From the NCBI RefSeq assembly GCF_000018305.1, contig NC_009954.1, positions 720,001-752,000 of the forward strand: a stretch of DNA of 32,000 nucleotides, in the 5' to 3' direction. The notes under the pieces are model-generated. The model did no database searches. It had not been told where the DNA came from and was given only the letters and a program-made list of their open reading frames with translations. This document shows positions 17,287 to 26,622 of this stretch, one piece after another (within the stretch, counting starts at the first letter, position 1; the number at the start of each line of letters is the position of its first letter). A program made the translations under genes and the position numbers. Origin of the DNA: Caldivirga maquilingensis IC-167 (lineage in GTDB: Archaea; Thermoproteota; Thermoprotei; Thermoproteales; Thermocladiaceae).

Positions 17287-18874
17287 ATGGAAGGTGTTCT
17301 AGAAATCAACCGTTGAAGTACTGGACACAACCCTGAGGGATGGGGCACAGGGTGCAAATATATCATTCACGCTTAATGACAAGATTAAGTTGACGCTTGT
17401 TCTTGATGAGCTCGGTGTTGACTATGTTGAAGGTGGTTGGCCTGGATCAAACCCTAAGGATGAGGAGTACTTTAAGGAGATTAAAAAGTATTCACTGAGT
17501 CATGCCAAGGTTGCTGCATTCAGCAGCACTAGGAGGAAGGATACTAAGCCCAGTGAGGACCCAAGCCTAAACGCAGTATTAAGGACTGATGTTGATACTG
17601 CGGTGTTATTTGGTAAATCATGGGTGCTTCACGTTAATGAAGTGTTGAAGGTGAGTAGGGAGGATAACCTTGAAATGATATATGACAGTATCAGTTACTT
17701 GAAGTCACATGGCCTTGACGTAATCTTTGATGCTGAACACTTCTACCAAGGCTTTAAGGATGATCCTGATTACGCTCTCTCCGTTGTGAAGACTGCTGAG
17801 GACGCTGGGGCCAAGGTAGTGGTGTTGGCTGATACTAATGGTGCTATGATGCCTAATGAGGTTTATGAAATAACTAAGAGGGTAGTGGGTACTGTTAGGA
17901 TTAAGATTGGTTTACACATGCATAATGACTCAGGCTGCGCAGTAGCTAACACGGTCATGGGTGTCTTAGCTGGGGCGAGGCATGTTCAGGGAACAATTAA
18001 TGGTATTGGGGAGAGGACCGGTAACGCTGACTTGGTTCAAGTAATACCGAACCTAATTATTAAGGTTGGCTTAAGGGCGTTAAACGGCTCAAGCAGCTTA
18101 AGGAAGCTGAGGGAGGTCTCCAGGTTAGTTTATGAATTAGCAGGTCTACAGCCTAACCCGTATCAACCGTATGTGGGTGACTACGCGTTTACGCATAAGG
18201 CTGGTGTTCATGTTGATGCTGTTTTAAAGAATCCAAGGGCCTACGAGCATATTGACCCTGAAACAGTGGGTAATTCAAGGCGCTTCATATTATCTGAGTT
18301 ATCAGGTTCATCTAACCTGGTGGTTTACCTGGAGGAGAATGGTATTAAGGTTGATAAGAAGGATGAGAGGGTTAAGAGGGCGTTAATGAGGATTAAAGAA
18401 CTTGAGAATAAGGGCTACAGCTTCGATCTGGCTCCAGCCTCAGCGGTCCTAATAGCGTTAAAGGAACTTAACCTATACAGGGAGATGATTAAGGTGGAGT
18501 ATTGGAGGGTCATTGATGAAAGCGGCGTGAATCTGGCGGTGGTTAAGGTTAATGGGCAGCTTGAGGTGGCTGAGGGGGTTGGTCCAGTTCATGCAGTTGA
18601 CTTAGCATTAAGAAGAGCACTTCAGAAGATTTACCCTGAACTCTCCAGGGTTACTTTAACAGACTACAGGGTTGTATTACCCTCTGAGGTTAAGAATACT
18701 GAGAGCCTAGTTAGGGTAACGGCGGAGTTCACTGATGGTGTGAGGAGGTGGAGGACCATTGGGGTCTCCACAAGTGTAATTAAGGCCAGTATTGAGGCTC
18801 TGGTAAATGGTCTTGATTATTATCTTCAATTAAGCAGGTTAAGGGTTATTGAGGGGGCTCAGCGTTCACCTTAA
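17287..18874 (+). CDS. cimA: Citramalate synthase / 2-isopropylmalate synthase family (CimA-like, GGWPGSNPKD type) with a 5' frameshift
   Basis: The track ORF starts at TTG 17390, but the same frame is open from 17303. From 17312 it encodes the indispensable DRE-TIM N-terminus VEVLDTTLRDGAQGANISFTLNDKIKL. That frame has no start codon after the TAG at 17300-17302. The promoter-proximal ATG at 17287 is in the -1-offset frame and stops at TGA 17314-17316. Downstream motifs are GGWPGSNPKD, HMHNDSGCAVAN and GTINGIGERTGNADL, plus a C-terminal LeuA-type regulatory domain. Confidence 0.85.
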
Positions 18875-18900
18875 TAATGAGCCTGAGTTTAAGCATCATT

Positions 18901-18921
18901 GAGTATTCAAAGTGAATACTC
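18901..18921. terminator. Perfect 9-bp hairpin (gagtattca aag tgaatactc) between convergent cimA and tpiA
   Basis: Read directly. It lies 27 nt after the cimA stop and touches the tpiA stop codon (18920-18922). Its role is uncertain because archaeal termination does not require hairpins. Confidence 0.3.
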
Positions 18922-19597
18922 ACTTACCCACAAGGGGTTTAGCTAATTCAGTTATCTTAGCCTCCCAATCCTTAGCCTTAACTATTGCACTAGCCACCAA
19001 TACACCCACTGTACCTAATTCAATTGCCTTAGCAACATCATTATAATCCTCTATACCGGCACCTGTAATAACCTTAACATCACCGTTAACCCTCTTAACT
19101 GCATTAACCGTTTCAACAACCACATCAGGCTTAGTCCTACTAACGGACTTACCTGTGCCTATTAATTCAGGAGGCTCCATGGCAACTGCCGTGGGTGCAA
19201 GGGCAGCCGCAGCGGCACTTGATAATGGGTCTGGGGAACACACCACTGTCTCAAGGTTAAGGGCCTTGGCCTTATTAACAAGCATGGCTATGTCATTTAA
19301 CAGTAACCTATGCTCACTATGATTTATAATCACACCTGAAGCCCCAGCGTCCTTAATGAACTCTAAGGGTATGTGGCCAGTCCTAGCCCCTGGATCCACT
19401 GGGTCAGCTGACTGCGCGTAAACGGGTATGTTTACGGATTCAGCAACCTGCCTTAGGTAAGTGTGCGGTGGTGCAACTATTATGGATGCACCCAGGTTAT
19501 TAGCAACCTTCTCAGCTACTTGAGCCAGCTTAACGGCACCACCCCCCAGTAACTCTGGGTAAGCCTTCATGTTTATTATGAGTACTGGAACCTTCAT
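18920..19597 (-). CDS. tpiA: Triosephosphate isomerase, archaeal short type
   Basis: 225 aa. It has INMKAY (catalytic Asn/Lys), INHSEHR (His) and [11 protein letters not shown] (Glu). The length is typical of archaeal TIM. Confidence 0.95.
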   Translation of the reverse strand: MKVPVLIINMKAYPELLGGGAVKLAQVAEKVANNLGASIIVAPPHTYLRQVAESVNIPVYAQSADPVDPGARTGHIPLEFIKDAGASGVIINHSEHRLLLNDIAMLVNKAKALNLETVVCSPDPLSSAAAAALAPTAVAMEPPELIGTGKSVSRTKPDVVVETVNAVKRVNGDVKVITGAGIEDYNDVAKAIELGTVGVLVASAIVKAKDWEAKITELAKPLVGK

Positions 19598-19651
19598 GAT
19601 TAAGCCTAGGTTAATGGGTGTATAAGCATTAGCTCATATTAATCATTAACA

Positions 19652-20101
19652 CTATTGAACTATTAAGACTTCACCACCAGCCTCCTTAATAGCCTTAATA
19701 GCCTTTGCTGAAGCAGCCCTAACCTTAACCACCACGGGCTTCTGTATCTTACCTTCACCAAGTAGTTTACCATACCCCAGTTGAGTTAAGTCAATAATGT
19801 ACTTATCACCCTCCATCTTAATTAAATTCCTCCTCTGCAGTGAATCAATTAACCCATTTAAGTCACCTACATTTATTACATTAACCTCAGGACTCGGCCT
19901 ATAGAAGCCATGCTTACCTATTAATGGGTAAAGTTCACCATTAGTTATCTTAAGTAGCAGGCTCTTCTTATGCTTAAGTAAACCAATCTTACCTCCCCCA
20001 CCTCTTTGACCCCTGCTCCTATGCTGACCAACCCTCCCCCATGAGTGGGTTCTCCAGCCCCTAAGCTTCCTAGACTTCTTCTCTCTACGTCTCACAAGCA
20101 C
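19652..20101 (-). CDS. rpl15: 50S ribosomal protein uL15 (L15P)
   Basis: It has the basic N-terminus RRREKKSRKLRGWRTHSWGRVGQHRSRGQRGGGGKIG and a GTG start. Confidence 0.9.
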   Translation of the reverse strand: MLVRRREKKSRKLRGWRTHSWGRVGQHRSRGQRGGGGKIGLLKHKKSLLLKITNGELYPLIGKHGFYRPSPEVNVINVGDLNGLIDSLQRRNLIKMEGDKYIIDLTQLGYGKLLGEGKIQKPVVVKVRAASAKAIKAIKEAGGEVLIVQ

Positions 20102-20146
20102 CCTTAATGGGGAGGGTTTAAAACTTTAACAATACAACCCAACTTA

Positions 20147-20806
20147 ATGAAGGTAATAGCCAAGGGTGCTGAGGCTTTGCTGTACTTGGAGGATTGGTTA
20201 GGCTTAATAGTGCTTGTTAAGGAGAGGGTACCTAAGGGTTATAGGGATCCTGTGTTTGATAAGGTGATTAGGGTTAAGAGAACCATTAATGAAGCCAGGT
20301 TAATGATGGATGCTGCGGATTTAGGTGTTAAAACCCCGGTGGTGTATGATGTTGATGTTGTTAGGACTAAGATAAGGATGCAGTACTTGAATTCACCAAC
20401 ATTGAACACTATTATTAAGAGTAATGGTTACTCTAAGTTGGTTAAGGAATTAATGAGCAGAATGGGGGCGCTAGTGGGTGTACTGCATAATGGGGGTATA
20501 CTCCACGGTGACCCGACCCCAGCTAACGTGATAGTTAATGATAGTGATGAGTACTTAATTGACTTCGGGCTTGGTGAGAAATTGAAACCAACCTGGGACA
20601 GTAAATACCTCAGGAAGACTGCTGTGGACTTAAACGTGCTACTTAGATCCCTTGAGAGTAATTACGGTGAGTACAGTGAACAACTCTTCAACGACTTCAT
20701 TAACGGCTACAGTAGCGTCATAGGAGGTGATAAGGCGGCTTCCGTGGTTAAGTGGGTTAGGAGAATTAGGAGCCTGGCAAGGTACTATACGGGAAGGTTA
20801 CTATGA
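20147..20806 (+). CDS. bud32: KEOPS complex Bud32/PRPK-type atypical kinase
   Basis: 219 aa. It has KGAEA.L, VKERVPKGYR, R...EARLM, the catalytic HGDPTPANVIV and LIDFGLG. It is a stand-alone gene, not fused to kae1. Confidence 0.9.
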   Translation: MKVIAKGAEALLYLEDWLGLIVLVKERVPKGYRDPVFDKVIRVKRTINEARLMMDAADLGVKTPVVYDVDVVRTKIRMQYLNSPTLNTIIKSNGYSKLVKELMSRMGALVGVLHNGGILHGDPTPANVIVNDSDEYLIDFGLGEKLKPTWDSKYLRKTAVDLNVLLRSLESNYGEYSEQLFNDFINGYSSVIGGDKAASVVKWVRRIRSLARYYTGRLL

Positions 20807-21334
20807 GGTTTCTGAACCTTGTTTCTCCCCTATCTTGGATACAGTCCACTTAATGGCATCAATTATCCTCCTTAACCTACGCTGCTCCCTGTAGTTCCGA
20901 ATAATTATCCTGGTTATTAGACCCTCACTGTTCTTCTCAATCTCGTAATCAAACCCCATTGATTCATCTAACTCACCATTATTAATCAACTCCTCATCCT
21001 CACCCTTAAGGCTATTGAGAACCTTCTCAATGAAGAACCTCCTTAATGGCGGCTGCTCGGTTATTGGTTTACTGAACTCAATCACAATCTTGTCATCATC
21101 ATAGGTTAACTTAGCCACCTCCTCCCCACTGGCTGCTGTTAAGTGTAATTCCTCCTTGGGTGAAACCTTATCAGCGGTGGTTATTGATCGAGTTCTTATT
21201 AATGCATCTATTACCTTAAGTGTTGACTCAAGCATGCTTAACTCATCCCTAAGCTCATTGACTCTCTCCCTAATCCTCCTCCTAAGTTCAAGTAATTCCT
21301 TGACGTTTAACTCCTCATTACCCACGGTTAACAA
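20801..21334 (-). CDS. Hypothetical protein with N-terminal coiled coil
   Basis: 177 aa with a heptad-like N-terminus (LLELRRRIRERVNELRDELSMLESTLKVIDAL). No motif is recognised. It is convergent with bud32 and overlaps it by 6 nt. Confidence 0.5.
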   Translation of the reverse strand: MLTVGNEELNVKELLELRRRIRERVNELRDELSMLESTLKVIDALIRTRSITTADKVSPKEELHLTAASGEEVAKLTYDDDKIVIEFSKPITEQPPLRRFFIEKVLNSLKGEDEELINNGELDESMGFDYEIEKNSEGLITRIIIRNYREQRRLRRIIDAIKWTVSKIGEKQGSETS

Positions 21335-21432
21335 TCCAGGTAAACAATATAAATGTTACTCCAATTCCTTAAACCGTCATTACTCATTCAGGTAGCATTA
21401 GATTTAAAAAGGGTAACTAGGCTATTTGGGCA

Positions 21433-22050
21433 ATGTCTGAAGTTCCCGCTGCCAATATTGAGGAGTGGAAGCCTAGGACTGAGATTGGTAGGCTTGTTAA
21501 GGAGGGTAAGATAAAGTCGATTGACGACATATTTATAGCCAATGCAAGAATTCAGGAACCTGAAATCGTTGATGCATTACTAACTAACCTTAAGTACGAG
21601 GTATTAAGCATAAATATTGTGCAAAGACAGACAGATGCTGGGGAAGTTAGTCAATTTCAAGTGGCGGTAGCCTTAGGTAATGAGGATGGGTACGTGGGTA
21701 TAGGGGTTGGTAAGGCTAGGCAAATAGGCCCAGCCATGGAGAAGGCCATAAGGGAGGCTAAGGTAAACATTATCCCAGTGAGGAGGGGTTGCGGCTCATG
21801 GTACTGTTCATGTGATGAACCACATAGTGTACCATTCGTGGTTAGGGGCAGGTCCGGCAGTGTGTTTGTTGAGCTCATACCGGCACCTAAGGGTGTTGGT
21901 TTAGTTGCAGGTGATACAATTAAGCCCATACTTAGGTTAGCTGGGATTAAGGATGTTTGGTCAAGAGCCCTTGGTGAAACAAGGACAACCCTTAACTTCG
22001 CAATGGCTACTTGGAATGCATTAAAGAACACGTACATATTTAAGATATAG
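21433..22050 (+). CDS. rps5: 30S ribosomal protein uS5 (S5P)
   Basis: It has WKPRTEIGRLV, QRQTDAGEVSQFQVAVALGNEDGYVGIGVGKA and the C-terminal GVGLVAGD...AGIKDVW blocks typical of uS5. Confidence 0.95.
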   Translation: MSEVPAANIEEWKPRTEIGRLVKEGKIKSIDDIFIANARIQEPEIVDALLTNLKYEVLSINIVQRQTDAGEVSQFQVAVALGNEDGYVGIGVGKARQIGPAMEKAIREAKVNIIPVRRGCGSWYCSCDEPHSVPFVVRGRSGSVFVELIPAPKGVGLVAGDTIKPILRLAGIKDVWSRALGETRTTLNFAMATWNALKNTYIFKI

Positions 22051-22067
22051 TATCATTAACTCAACGC

Positions 22068-23183
22068 TCATAAGCCGTACATTATCCTCTTAACGTAGTC
22101 AAGTATCTTAGCTTGATCACCCGTGGACCTAATGTTCTCAAACTCATCCCTAGATAAGTATAGTGCCAGAGCCTTCTTATACAGGTTAGCGAATAATTCC
22201 TTAGATAACCTTAACCCATCCACTGGATTAAGCCTATAAGTGAATTGATCCAGGGTAAACCAGCCTGAGTAACCAGTGTCCAGTAGTGCGTATAGGAAGT
22301 CTACGAAGTGCCATGCGTCCCCAGTTCCAACAACCCTGTCCTCATCATTACTATGCCACTTAGCTGTATTAATATGCACCGTGGCCACTGAGACTCCCTG
22401 CTCCTTAGCTAAGTAGACTGTGTAGGCTGGTTCAACGGCGTACATTAATTCATGACCATAGTCTATGGTTATTCCAAACAGTTTTACACCTAAATCATTA
22501 TTTAGCCTGTTAGCGAGCATTATTGAAACATGGGATGTGGGTATGATTAAATTACCCTCCCTAGGCTCCTTGGGCTTAGCCTCAAGTCCAAAAGACCTAA
22601 TGCCCAACCTATGCGCCTCCTTACCTAGGGTAAGTAACCCCTCGTAAAGTTCCTTAATCTTCTTACCGTAATTAGACTCAAGACTGTAATCCCAGCCATC
22701 TGGACCAAGCCAAAGTGATACTGAATCCAGGCCAAGCATACGGGCTATTTCAAGGCTCTGGGTAAGGGTGCTTAAGGCCAGTTCCCTCACCTTAGGGTCA
22801 GGGTTAGTTAATGAACCTAGTTTAAACACGTGGAAACCTGAAATATCCATACCTAACCCAGCTATCTTAAGGCCTAATTCACTTGCAGTTGCCTTAACTT
22901 CATTTATCAAGTCCTCCTTAACCTTAAGATTATCGTCAAGGAATTGAGCATCTATTGGCACGACACCCTCAATCCCAGACTCCCTCACCCTCCTTAACTG
23001 ATCCACTAACCCTCTTGGTAGATTCGGGAAGTAACCACTTCTATTGAATCTATCTGAGAAATCCCCAGCAGTCCATGTACCTGCAGCGAACTTAACATTA
23101 TACTCACTGAAAAATTGATCAACAGTCTTACCCTCTATGAAACCTGAGTAGGTTGACTTTAACCTACTTATACTCATGCTCAT
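22068..23183 (-). CDS. Xylose-isomerase-fold sugar isomerase; predicted L-rhamnose(-like) aldose-ketose isomerase
   Basis: 371 aa, collinear with class I xylose isomerase blocks: FKFAAGTWT (compare FTFGLWT), LEAKPKEPREGNLIIPT (compare EPKPNEPRGD.LLPT), IDYGHELM (compare PEVGHEQM), HINTAKW (compare HIDLNGQ), NDEDRVVG (compare DQDLRFG) and FTLDQF (compare HFDFK). It is the last gene of the aldolase-AOR-rhamnulokinase operon. Confidence 0.75.
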   Translation of the reverse strand: MSMSISRLKSTYSGFIEGKTVDQFFSEYNVKFAAGTWTAGDFSDRFNRSGYFPNLPRGLVDQLRRVRESGIEGVVPIDAQFLDDNLKVKEDLINEVKATASELGLKIAGLGMDISGFHVFKLGSLTNPDPKVRELALSTLTQSLEIARMLGLDSVSLWLGPDGWDYSLESNYGKKIKELYEGLLTLGKEAHRLGIRSFGLEAKPKEPREGNLIIPTSHVSIMLANRLNNDLGVKLFGITIDYGHELMYAVEPAYTVYLAKEQGVSVATVHINTAKWHSNDEDRVVGTGDAWHFVDFLYALLDTGYSGWFTLDQFTYRLNPVDGLRLSKELFANLYKKALALYLSRDEFENIRSTGDQAKILDYVKRIMYGL

Positions 23184-23242
23184 TAACTGAATTAAGCATT
23201 AGTTTACTTTTAAGTTATAGCCATCATTAATCATTAAACAGG

Positions 23243-24751
23243 TTAGGGTAGGTTAAGTCTAGTCACGAATATTGAGTATAAATCCTCATACTTCTTCTCA
23301 TCCCTTGGTTCAAAGACCCTAATATTGAATGAATCCCTAACTATGGATCTAAGTTCCTGAATGGACTTAATAATGCCCATGCCAGCTGCCTGAATTAGAA
23401 TGTTCCCAATTGATGTTGATTCTTCAGGTCCCGCGTAGACAGGAATCCCCATTACATTGGCTGTTAATTGATTCATGAGACTGTTCCTAGAGCCACCACC
23501 AAATATGTTGATTCCCCTCAGTCTCCTACCAGTTATCTTAGTCGCTTTCTCAAATATATACCTATGCTTCAAGGCTATACTGGTTATAATAAGCCTAATT
23601 AATTCACCTAAGCTCCCTGGTTCCCTCTGCCTAGTTTCCTTAAGGTAACCGTGGATCTCATTAATCATATTAATTGGAGCCAAGAACCTTGAATCATCAA
23701 CATCTATGAAGGATTCAGGTTCCTCAGCCTCAGCCGCAAGGTTAACTAACTCATCGTAAGAGTACTCCCTTCCACTTAAATCCACTAGTATTCTCCTAAC
23801 CTCCTGCAGTATCCACATGCCCTGCATATTCCTTAAGAAGGTAATTGTACCGAAGGCACCGCCTTCATTAGTGAAGTTGCTTAACATGGCTTGTTCATTA
23901 ATTAAGGGTTCATTCAACTCCACTCCAACAAGATTCCAAGTCCCTGAACTCACGTAGCCAGTATCCTCATTAATCATTGGCCCAGCCGCAATGGCGGAGG
24001 CAGTATCATGCGTTGCAGGCGCTATCACGTTGACATCCCTACTGTCCTCACCCAACTCCTCCACAACGTCCCTCTTTAAGTAGCCTAAAACGGATCCAGC
24101 ATTAACTATTTCCTGAAGAATGTCAGTAGGTATATTGAGTTTCTCCAGTATGTCTAAACACCACCTTTTACTCTTGGCATCAAGTAATTGAGTGGTTGAT
24201 GCATTGGTGTATTCATTAACCTTAACGCCGCTTAACCAGTAATTAAGTAAGTCAGGTATCATGAGCATTGCCTTAGCAATCTTCAGTTTAGGTGAATTAA
24301 ACTTAACTAGGGCGTAGAGTTGGTAAAGGGTGTTAATGCGCATGAACTGTATACCAGTCCTACTATATATGACTTCCTTAGGTACCTTACTGAAGACTTC
24401 ACTCATTAATCCTTCAGTCATAGGATCCCTGTAGGCGTAGGGTAAGCTCACTAACTCATCATGGTCATCAAGCAGTACGAAGTCAACACCCCAAGTATCA
24501 ATACCCACTGAGGCTAATCTACCCCTATACTTCCTTAAGGCGGCTTTAATTGAATTCTTAACCTCAGCCCATAGTTGAAGCATATCCCAGTATAGGTGGT
24601 TATTAACCCTAATCATTTGGTTAGGGAACCTATATAATTCATCTATAGTTAACTTAAGGTTCTTTAAATCCAATACACCGGCAATAGCCTTACCCCCACT
24701 TGCACCTATATCTATAGCTAATATTACTATTGAATCCATGCTGCCTCTCAC
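23243..24751 (-). CDS. rhaB: Rhamnulokinase (FGGY family, RhaB type)
   Basis: It matches E. coli RhaB, as I recall it, block for block: AIDIGASGGK, YRFPN...WD, GIDTWGVDFVLLD, AYRD, GIQFMRINTLYQL, EYTNASTTQL, THDTASA, SSGTWNLVG, TNEGG and NMQGMWILQ. The GTG start overlaps the AOR stop (GTGA), and an alternative ATG lies at 24739. Confidence 0.9.
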   Translation of the reverse strand: MRGSMDSIVILAIDIGASGGKAIAGVLDLKNLKLTIDELYRFPNQMIRVNNHLYWDMLQLWAEVKNSIKAALRKYRGRLASVGIDTWGVDFVLLDDHDELVSLPYAYRDPMTEGLMSEVFSKVPKEVIYSRTGIQFMRINTLYQLYALVKFNSPKLKIAKAMLMIPDLLNYWLSGVKVNEYTNASTTQLLDAKSKRWCLDILEKLNIPTDILQEIVNAGSVLGYLKRDVVEELGEDSRDVNVIAPATHDTASAIAAGPMINEDTGYVSSGTWNLVGVELNEPLINEQAMLSNFTNEGGAFGTITFLRNMQGMWILQEVRRILVDLSGREYSYDELVNLAAEAEEPESFIDVDDSRFLAPINMINEIHGYLKETRQREPGSLGELIRLIITSIALKHRYIFEKATKITGRRLRGINIFGGGSRNSLMNQLTANVMGIPVYAGPEESTSIGNILIQAAGMGIIKSIQELRSIVRDSFNIRVFEPRDEKKYEDLYSIFVTRLNLP

Positions 24752-26622
24752 TTATTATTCATGAATCTCTCCACTATTGGCAGTATTCCCAATTCCTTAA
24801 GAGTCTCCCTAGTTGGTATACCATTCTCATCCCAGCCCATGTAATTATAGTACTCGTTAAGCATGGGTTCAAGTTCAACAACCTGCCCCTTAGCCCCACC
24901 TTCACCTAACGGCTCCTTTAGGAACCTTTCAGGTAAAGTGTCATCCTTCCTACTTATGCCGTTTATGACATTGAACATTCTCTTCAAAGTGAAAATACGC
25001 TTACCCGCCGTTAAAAGATCCTGCAGAGTCTTCTTCCTTCCCGTCACCAGCGTATACATTCCAGCTAGGTGTAATGGTGGTATACTTATGAATTTGCATA
25101 TTACTAGTGATTCAAGAACCTCGTGCCAAGTCTCCATTGTGGCAACCACACGGCCTTTACCGATGTAGGAAACCCTATCATACCTCTCGTAAATCTTCAA
25201 GTCAGTTACTCTCTCACCCTGCTCAATCCTGAAGGTTAAACCCTGAAGGTGATCAGCACCCCTATTTGATGTTGCGTATTGAAGCCCCATGCCCTTGAAA
25301 GCCCTTGGATCATGCATAGGCATTTCAGTGCCCTTAACATGCATGCAGTACTTCTCAGTGCCCCTACCTATGCTTCTTGAAGCCATGCGGCATCCCTCCC
25401 CAAGTAGTTTACCGAAGCCCTCCCGCTTCCCTATGAGCTCTATGAGTTTAAGTACTGTTTCCTTATCACCCCACTTAAGCTCCAACCCATCTGTATCCTC
25501 CTTAGTCAATAACCCCTTCTCAAAGCTCTCAATTGCCCACGCTATGGTGCCTCCTGTGGATATTGTATCTATGCCATACTTATTGCATAGGTCATTTGCC
25601 TTAACTATGTAGTAGGGGTCATCTATCATTAGCATTGAGCCCAGTGAGGCAATAGTTTCATATTCAGGACCCCTGCCTTTAACATTATTCACCTCAACGT
25701 ACTTCCAGCAGTGTATTGGGCATGCCCAACAGGCCCTATGAGCTTTCACAATATCCTTCTCCCTAAAAGCCCTACCACTTATATTAAGTATACCATCCCA
25801 CTTACCCACTGTGAAGTTCTTTATGGGCATGTCACCGTACTCGTAGAACTCCTCAACCTCACCCGCGGTACCGTATATTGAGTATAATTGTGTCGTTGGG
25901 TAGGATAATATGTAGGGTAGTAGCCTATTAATGTTGCTCCTAAGCTTCTCAGGTTCCTTAACCTTAATTTGCCCATTACCCTTAACTACAATGGCCTTAA
26001 GGTTCTTTGAACCCATGACAGCCCCCATCCCTGTTCTACCAGCTACCCTGGGTCCATCTGGAGTTATGTCTGAGGCTATTATGGCATATCTAACAAGTTT
26101 CTCACCAGCCGGCCCTATTGCAGCCACGCGTATCGCCTTATCCCCTAAATCATTCTTTAGGCTAAGGTCTGTTTCAACTGTTGTTAATCCCCAGTACTTG
26201 GATGCGTCACGGACTTCAGCTTCCCCATCATGTATGTATAAGTAAACTGGGTTACTTGACCTACCTTTAATTATAATACCATCGAAGCCGGCCTTCTTAA
26301 GCTCAACACCCCAGAAGCCTGAGGCATGTGCCTCACCCCAAGCCATGGTTAATGGTGACTTAGCCGCCACTACGTAACGGCCACTGCATTGAACCATTGT
26401 ACCAGTTAATGGTCCAGTCATGAACACTAGCACGTTATCTGGGCTGAGGGGTTCAACCCTTGGGTCAACCTCATCGAACATTATCTTTGCGGCAAGGCCA
26501 ATGCCTCCTATAAACATGTCAGCATCCTCTTCCTTCAATTCCCTAACCCTAGTTTTACCACTGCTTAAATCAACCTCAAGTATCTTCCCTATGTACCCAT
26601 ACCATTCACTCATGCAGTCCAC
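24748..26622 (-). CDS. aor: Tungsten-type aldehyde:ferredoxin oxidoreductase (AOR family)
   Basis: 624 aa. It has the N-terminus WYGYIGKILEVDLSSGK, the 4Fe-4S ligands CWACPIHC plus ICKF, and the pterin-binding GIDTISTGG and RGADHL blocks. Its start abuts the aldolase stop. Confidence 0.9.
   Translation of the reverse strand: MDCMSEWYGYIGKILEVDLSSGKTRVRELKEEDADMFIGGIGLAAKIMFDEVDPRVEPLSPDNVLVFMTGPLTGTMVQCSGRYVVAAKSPLTMAWGEAHASGFWGVELKKAGFDGIIIKGRSSNPVYLYIHDGEAEVRDASKYWGLTTVETDLSLKNDLGDKAIRVAAIGPAGEKLVRYAIIASDITPDGPRVAGRTGMGAVMGSKNLKAIVVKGNGQIKVKEPEKLRSNINRLLPYILSYPTTQLYSIYGTAGEVEEFYEYGDMPIKNFTVGKWDGILNISGRAFREKDIVKAHRACWACPIHCWKYVEVNNVKGRGPEYETIASLGSMLMIDDPYYIVKANDLCNKYGIDTISTGGTIAWAIESFEKGLLTKEDTDGLELKWGDKETVLKLIELIGKREGFGKLLGEGCRMASRSIGRGTEKYCMHVKGTEMPMHDPRAFKGMGLQYATSNRGADHLQGLTFRIEQGERVTDLKIYERYDRVSYIGKGRVVATMETWHEVLESLVICKFISIPPLHLAGMYTLVTGRKKTLQDLLTAGKRIFTLKRMFNVINGISRKDDTLPERFLKEPLGEGGAKGQVVELEPMLNEYYNYMGWDENGIPTRETLKELGILPIVERFMNNK

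Noticed and set aside
17308-17316. Programmed +1 frameshift at cgt-tga (prfB-like) as the explanation for the cimA frame problem
   Set aside because: The codon context does not allow P-site tRNA re-pairing in the +1 frame. No stimulatory element is evident, and I know of no precedent in this gene family. A single-base indel, either real or a sequencing error, is more parsimonious.
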